Source: Prochlorococcus marinus str. NATL2A | GTDB taxonomy: Bacteria > Cyanobacteriota > Cyanobacteriia > PCC-6307 > Cyanobiaceae | DNA length: 32,000 nucleotides | Assembly (NCBI RefSeq): GCF_000012465.1 | Contig: NC_007335.2 | Coordinates: 480,001 to 512,000 of the forward strand | Direction of reading: 5' to 3' | Shown: positions 27,844 to 32,000 of the stretch, in pieces | How positions within the stretch are numbered: position 1 is the first letter of the stretch | Layout: each line of letters starts with the position of its first letter | Program-made: the position numbers and the translations under genes | Notes under the pieces: model-generated | Seen by the model: only the letters and a program-made list of their open reading frames with translations | What the model was told of the DNA's origin: nothing | The model's database searches: none

Positions 27844-29640
27844 ATGAGAAGTTCTGATCATAGAAAGAAAAGAAAGACTTTTAAAGTAAACACTCTTCAG
27901 CCCCTATCTCATTCCAGATTTAGAATTATCTTTGTTTTATTATGCCTTGGACTTGGGGGCCTTTTTTTAAGGGTAGGTTGGCTTCAGCTATTTCAGTCTG
28001 AACAATTAAGAGCTCTAGCACGCGAAGTTCAAACAGAACAAAAGACCCCTCTGGGGACACGTCGATCTATTTTAGATAGAAATGGAAAGCTTGTCGCAAT
28101 AGATGAGAGACGTTTTAAAATTTGGGCTCACCCTAGGTATTTTAATTTTCCCGGTGATTCATCTAGGACAGTTCGTAAACCAGTCGAAGTAGCAAAGCTT
28201 CTTTCTGCCCCACTATCCATAAGTGTTGATGATATTTTAAAAAAAGTAGGAAATTATTCCTCAGGGGTAAAACTTGCAGAGGGGGTGACGCCCGAGCAAG
28301 CTAATGCTATTAAGAAACTTGGAATAAGTGGTATTGATTTGGAGGTGTATCCTCAAAGGCTTTATCCTCACGGGTCTCTTTTTGCAAATGTAGTTGGTTT
28401 TTTGGATTTGGATAGAAGACCTCAGGCTGGATTGGAATTAAGTTTAGATAGTGATCTAAAGCGTCTAGAAAAAGCAAGTTTAATCAGAAGAGGAGCTGAT
28501 GGAACACCTTTGCCTACAGGTGTTCAACGTGGTGTCTTTGAAGAGGATCAACTAAGTCTCCAATTAACCTTAGATGTAAGGCTTCAAGAAGTAGCCATTA
28601 AAGAAATAAGTAAGCAAGTAAAGAAGTGGGATGCAAAAAAAGGTGTGGTCATCGTAATGGATATAGATACAGGAGAACTTCTGGCATTGGCTTCTACGCC
28701 AACTTATGATCCTAATAAATATTGGGATTATTCTCCATCTCTTTTTAAAGAGTGGTCAGTGCAAGAATTATTTGAACCTGGTTCTACCTTTAAGCCAATT
28801 AACTTGGCATTAGCATTGGAGGAGGGGGTTATAAGCCCTAATGGAGAAGTGAATGATGATGGTCTAGTTACAGTAGGAGGATGGCCTCTCTCTAATTGGG
28901 ATCGGAGGCCTAACGGGATATTGACTTTCCCTGAAGTGTTACAAGTCTCAAGCAATGTAGGTATGGTTAAAATTATGAATAAATTGAATGCGAGTATTTA
29001 CTGGCAATGGTTAAGGCGCCTAGGCATTGAAGAAATACCAGAAACTGATCTTCCAGGAGCAGTTTCTGGGCAAATAAAATCAAAGCAGACTTTTGTCAAT
29101 CAACCGATAGAACCAGCGGTAGCCTCCTTTGGTCAAGGCTTTTCTGTTACTCCGCTTAAACTAGCTCAATTGCACGCTTTAATTGCAAATGGAGGCAGAC
29201 TTGTGACGCCTCATATCACTAAAGGCCTGAAAGGTGATTATGAGTCGTATTTCAATTCTCCTTCAGAACCAAAGCAGGTGTTATCTCCTGAGGTTACAAA
29301 GACTGTTCTTGGATGGATGGAAACAGTTGTGTCATTTTACGATGAAAGTGGTATTGATGTAGATGTTCCTGGCTATCGAATTGGAGGAAAAACAGGGACG
29401 GCACAAAAATCGCAGGATGGTTTTAACTATAATTCTAAAATTTGCAGTTTTGTTGCAAGTCTTCCTATCGATGATCCTCGCTATGTCGTTTTAGCAGTTA
29501 TTGATGAACCCCAAAAGCCAAATGCATATGGATCAACGGTGGCTCTCCCTGTGGCAAAAAAAATTATTGAGACTTTGCTTGTGATAGAAAAAATCCCTCC
29601 AAGTATTTCTAAAAAAGAACATTTGGCTAGCAAAAGCTAA
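27844..29640 (+). CDS. ftsI: Class B penicillin-binding protein / septal transpeptidase FtsI
   Basis: N-terminal TM, PBP dimerisation-like region, and the transpeptidase motifs STFK (SxxK), SSN (SxN) and KTGT. Confidence 0.92.
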   Translation: MRSSDHRKKRKTFKVNTLQPLSHSRFRIIFVLLCLGLGGLFLRVGWLQLFQSEQLRALAREVQTEQKTPLGTRRSILDRNGKLVAIDERRFKIWAHPRYFNFPGDSSRTVRKPVEVAKLLSAPLSISVDDILKKVGNYSSGVKLAEGVTPEQANAIKKLGISGIDLEVYPQRLYPHGSLFANVVGFLDLDRRPQAGLELSLDSDLKRLEKASLIRRGADGTPLPTGVQRGVFEEDQLSLQLTLDVRLQEVAIKEISKQVKKWDAKKGVVIVMDIDTGELLALASTPTYDPNKYWDYSPSLFKEWSVQELFEPGSTFKPINLALALEEGVISPNGEVNDDGLVTVGGWPLSNWDRRPNGILTFPEVLQVSSNVGMVKIMNKLNASIYWQWLRRLGIEEIPETDLPGAVSGQIKSKQTFVNQPIEPAVASFGQGFSVTPLKLAQLHALIANGGRLVTPHITKGLKGDYESYFNSPSEPKQVLSPEVTKTVLGWMETVVSFYDESGIDVDVPGYRIGGKTGTAQKSQDGFNYNSKICSFVASLPIDDPRYVVLAVIDEPQKPNAYGSTVALPVAKKIIETLLVIEKIPPSISKKEHLASKS

Positions 29641-29732
29641 GAGATGGCTAAATTTTCCCAAAAGTACTAATTAAAGGGTGAAATCTATAAAAAATATGGC
29701 TAGTCTATTACATATGAAAGACGTTTTTTATT

Positions 29733-30731
29733 ATGGAATCCCTTCTTAGTCAGCTATCTTCAATGACTGTGGTGGTGGCTGATACTGGTGATCTTGAAGC
29801 GATCAAAAAATATCATCCCAGAGACGCTACAACAAATCCTTCTTTAATTCTTGCGGCTGCACAAATGCCTGCTTATCAAAGTTTGATTGATCAAGCACTT
29901 ACCACCTCAAGAGAAATGTTAGGGACCAGTGCCGCTAAGGCCGATGTGGTTAAGGAAGCTTTGGATGAACTGTGTGTTGTCTTTGGTAAAGAGATTTTGA
30001 AATTAATTCCTGGCCGTGTTTCAACAGAGGTTGATGCAAGACTAAGCTTTGATACTGATGCGACCATTGAAAAAGCAAGAAAAATAATTGCTAAATATAA
30101 TGCAGATGGTATTTCTAATGATCGTGTTTTAATCAAAATTGCCTCTACGTGGGAGGGAATAAAAGCTGCTGAAGTATTAGAAAAAGAGAATATTCATTGC
30201 AACTTAACTTTGTTGTTTAATTTTTATCAAGCAGTTGCTTGTGCTGAGGCAGGTGTAACGCTTATTTCACCCTTTGTTGGAAGAATTTTAGATTGGTATA
30301 AATCTGCTACAGGAAGGGATTCTTATCCAGCGACTGAGGACCCAGGGGTAGTTTCGGTTACTAAAATATTTAATTTTTTCAAGTCAAATGGTTATAAGAC
30401 AGAGGTCATGGGAGCAAGTTTCAGAAATATAGAGGAAATAACCGAGCTTGCAGGATGTGATCTCTTAACGATTTCTCCCAAATTACTTCAGCAACTTAAT
30501 GAAACTCATATGGACTTGCCCATTAAGTTGAATGCACAAAAACCTTTAGTCATTGAAGAGAAAATACATCTAGACCAGACTTCTTTTGAACTAATGATGG
30601 CTGGAGATAAAATGGCTACGGAAAAACTTGACGATGGAATTAGCGGTTTTAGTAAAGCAATTGATAAATTAGAAAATCAATTGAACGAAAGACTTGAGTT
30701 GATTGAAGGAGAAGTTGCCCTAACTCACTGA
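29733..30731 (+). CDS. tal: Transaldolase (TalB type)
   Basis: [47 protein letters not shown] and SPFVGRI.DW match the family blocks. Confidence 0.95.
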   Translation: MESLLSQLSSMTVVVADTGDLEAIKKYHPRDATTNPSLILAAAQMPAYQSLIDQALTTSREMLGTSAAKADVVKEALDELCVVFGKEILKLIPGRVSTEVDARLSFDTDATIEKARKIIAKYNADGISNDRVLIKIASTWEGIKAAEVLEKENIHCNLTLLFNFYQAVACAEAGVTLISPFVGRILDWYKSATGRDSYPATEDPGVVSVTKIFNFFKSNGYKTEVMGASFRNIEEITELAGCDLLTISPKLLQQLNETHMDLPIKLNAQKPLVIEEKIHLDQTSFELMMAGDKMATEKLDDGISGFSKAIDKLENQLNERLELIEGEVALTH

Positions 30732-30734
30732 GCT

Positions 30735-31865
30735 TTAATTTTGAAAGAGTAATCGCTTGATTACTCTTTTTGCAATGTCTTCATAACTCATCTCACCTGA
30801 AAGAATTTGTGCAATTCTTTTTGGAGCAGTAGGCCTTTTTACACCTAATTGGTATCCGACTTTGGGAAAACGATAAAAAACTTGAGAAATTCTTTTACCC
30901 CAAGCCATCGAATTCCCCCAGTTTATTTGCATCGTATTTGTATATGCGTCTAAACAATTCACTTCTCCATCTAGCCAATAAATAAGGCTTTTTGCAGCTT
31001 CAAATCCACTCATCAAAGCGGGCCTTAATCCTTCCGCTAAAAAGGGATCACATAATGAGGCGGCATCGCCAACCAAGAGAATTCCTTCTCCGTTTAATTT
31101 ACAGTGGCCATTCCATATCCTTAATTTTTTTTCATGACCAATTACTTCAGAAGGATCAAAACATAAATCAGGAAGAAATGATTTAAGTATTTCATTAACT
31201 GGAAGTGAATTCTTATTATCTAGGAAAGTTCCCATCCCAATATTTACTTCATTGTCTAATGGAAAGGCCCATGCAAATCCATTTTTTACTAGACCAAATT
31301 CAAATCTAGCAGTTTCATTCCTTAAATTTCCCCTCCTTTTAATTCTCCCTGAGAAAGTGGAGGCAAATTTCTGTTGAGTTGGACCTAAATTAAAAGTTTT
31401 AGGCCATGGCGATTGAGAACCATCAGCAATAACAACTGCTCTTGCCTCTATTTGTCTCCCATCAAGAGCGGTAATATGCCAGACATTAGATTTTTTTTTT
31501 ATATCGACTACCTTAAAAGTAGTCAATAAATTACAACCAGAATTTAGTGCTTGATCTAATAAGAATGAATCAAGTTTTTCACGTTTAACTATCCAAAAGG
31601 GAGAAGATCCCGAGAGCTCAGCGACTACCTTGTCGGTATTGCACCAACTAAACTCTACATTTGTTATTACTTCATCAACTATTGGTAAAAGTTTAAAAGG
31701 AAACCAGTTTTGCACTGCAGCAGACATTCCACCCCCGCAAATTCTCTCTGAAGAAAAAATATTTTTTTCAAGAATACATACCTTTTTACTATTACTAGCC
31801 AGATGAAATGCTGTAGTAGTACCTGATGCTCCCCCTCCAATAATGGCAACATCTATGAGGGTCAA
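30735..31865 (-). CDS. FAD-dependent oxidoreductase, geranylgeranyl-reductase/FixC-like family
   Basis: N-terminal Rossmann motif DVAIIGGGASG...LEK, a later VIADG block and GDAA...DP..GEG. The start is TTG at 31863-31865, overlapping the frr stop (TTGA). Confidence 0.75.
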   Translation of the reverse strand: MTLIDVAIIGGGASGTTTAFHLASNSKKVCILEKNIFSSERICGGGMSAAVQNWFPFKLLPIVDEVITNVEFSWCNTDKVVAELSGSSPFWIVKREKLDSFLLDQALNSGCNLLTTFKVVDIKKKSNVWHITALDGRQIEARAVVIADGSQSPWPKTFNLGPTQQKFASTFSGRIKRRGNLRNETARFEFGLVKNGFAWAFPLDNEVNIGMGTFLDNKNSLPVNEILKSFLPDLCFDPSEVIGHEKKLRIWNGHCKLNGEGILLVGDAASLCDPFLAEGLRPALMSGFEAAKSLIYWLDGEVNCLDAYTNTMQINWGNSMAWGKRISQVFYRFPKVGYQLGVKRPTAPKRIAQILSGEMSYEDIAKRVIKRLLFQN

Positions 31866-32000
31866 ACTTTTAAAATCTCAGCTTCTTTTTCTGAAAGTTT
31901 TTTTTCAATATCTTTAATAAAATTGTCCGTCTCTTTCTGAATTGTTTCTTGTTCATCTCTGCTTTGATCTTCTGAAAGATCACCATCCTTTTCAGATTTT
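31862..32000 (-). CDS. frr: Ribosome recycling factor, C-terminal 45 codons (5' end lies beyond the window)
   Basis: My own minus-strand translation gives KSEKDGDLSEDQSRDEQETIQKETDNFIKDIEKKLSEKEAEILKV*. This parallels the RRF C-terminus (..ISEDD.RR.QD.VQKLTD..IK.I...L..KE.EL...). It is not in the ORF track because it is truncated. Confidence 0.8.
   Translation of the reverse strand, partial: KSEKDGDLSEDQSRDEQETIQKETDNFIKDIEKKLSEKEAEILKV

Noticed and set aside
31491-31500. A T10 (A10 on the coding strand) homopolymer in the FixC-like oxidoreductase gene, encoding KKK.
   Set aside because: A/T runs of this length are expected in a genome this AT-rich where Lys is encoded AAA. Unlike the C9 tract, it is not compositionally surprising.

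Overview
AT-rich segment (about mid-30s % GC by eye, not computed). Gene content and order look like the core chromosome of a marine picocyanobacterium (Prochlorococcus-like). Markers are psb27, a group-1 sigma factor, hemC, cobK, argB, purA, proS, ftsI, tal and frr. I support 34 protein-coding genes, two of them truncated by the window edges, packed tightly with many stop/start overlaps. I found no rRNA, tRNA, CRISPR array, transposase, integrase, phage gene or recognisable defence/toxin module, so this reads as an ordinary housekeeping region, not an accessory island. The points most worth a second look are: (1) two family I pyrophosphatase paralogues, where the typical cyanobacterial one has Asp->Ala at a metal-ligand position and is translationally coupled to a small membrane ORF; (2) a tight minus-strand cluster of YjbQ, pterin dehydratase, His-rich COG0523 GTPase and an orphan Fe(III)/thiamine-type permease, whose His-rich loop is encoded by a perfect hexanucleotide microsatellite and which sits behind a repeat-rich divergent promoter region; (3) a GC-enriched island with a 49-codon ORF and two abutting hairpins in the 412-nt sigA/priA spacer; (4) an FtsL-like bitopic ORF coupled to ftsI. 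All functional calls rest on motif recognition by eye, because no database search was possible.
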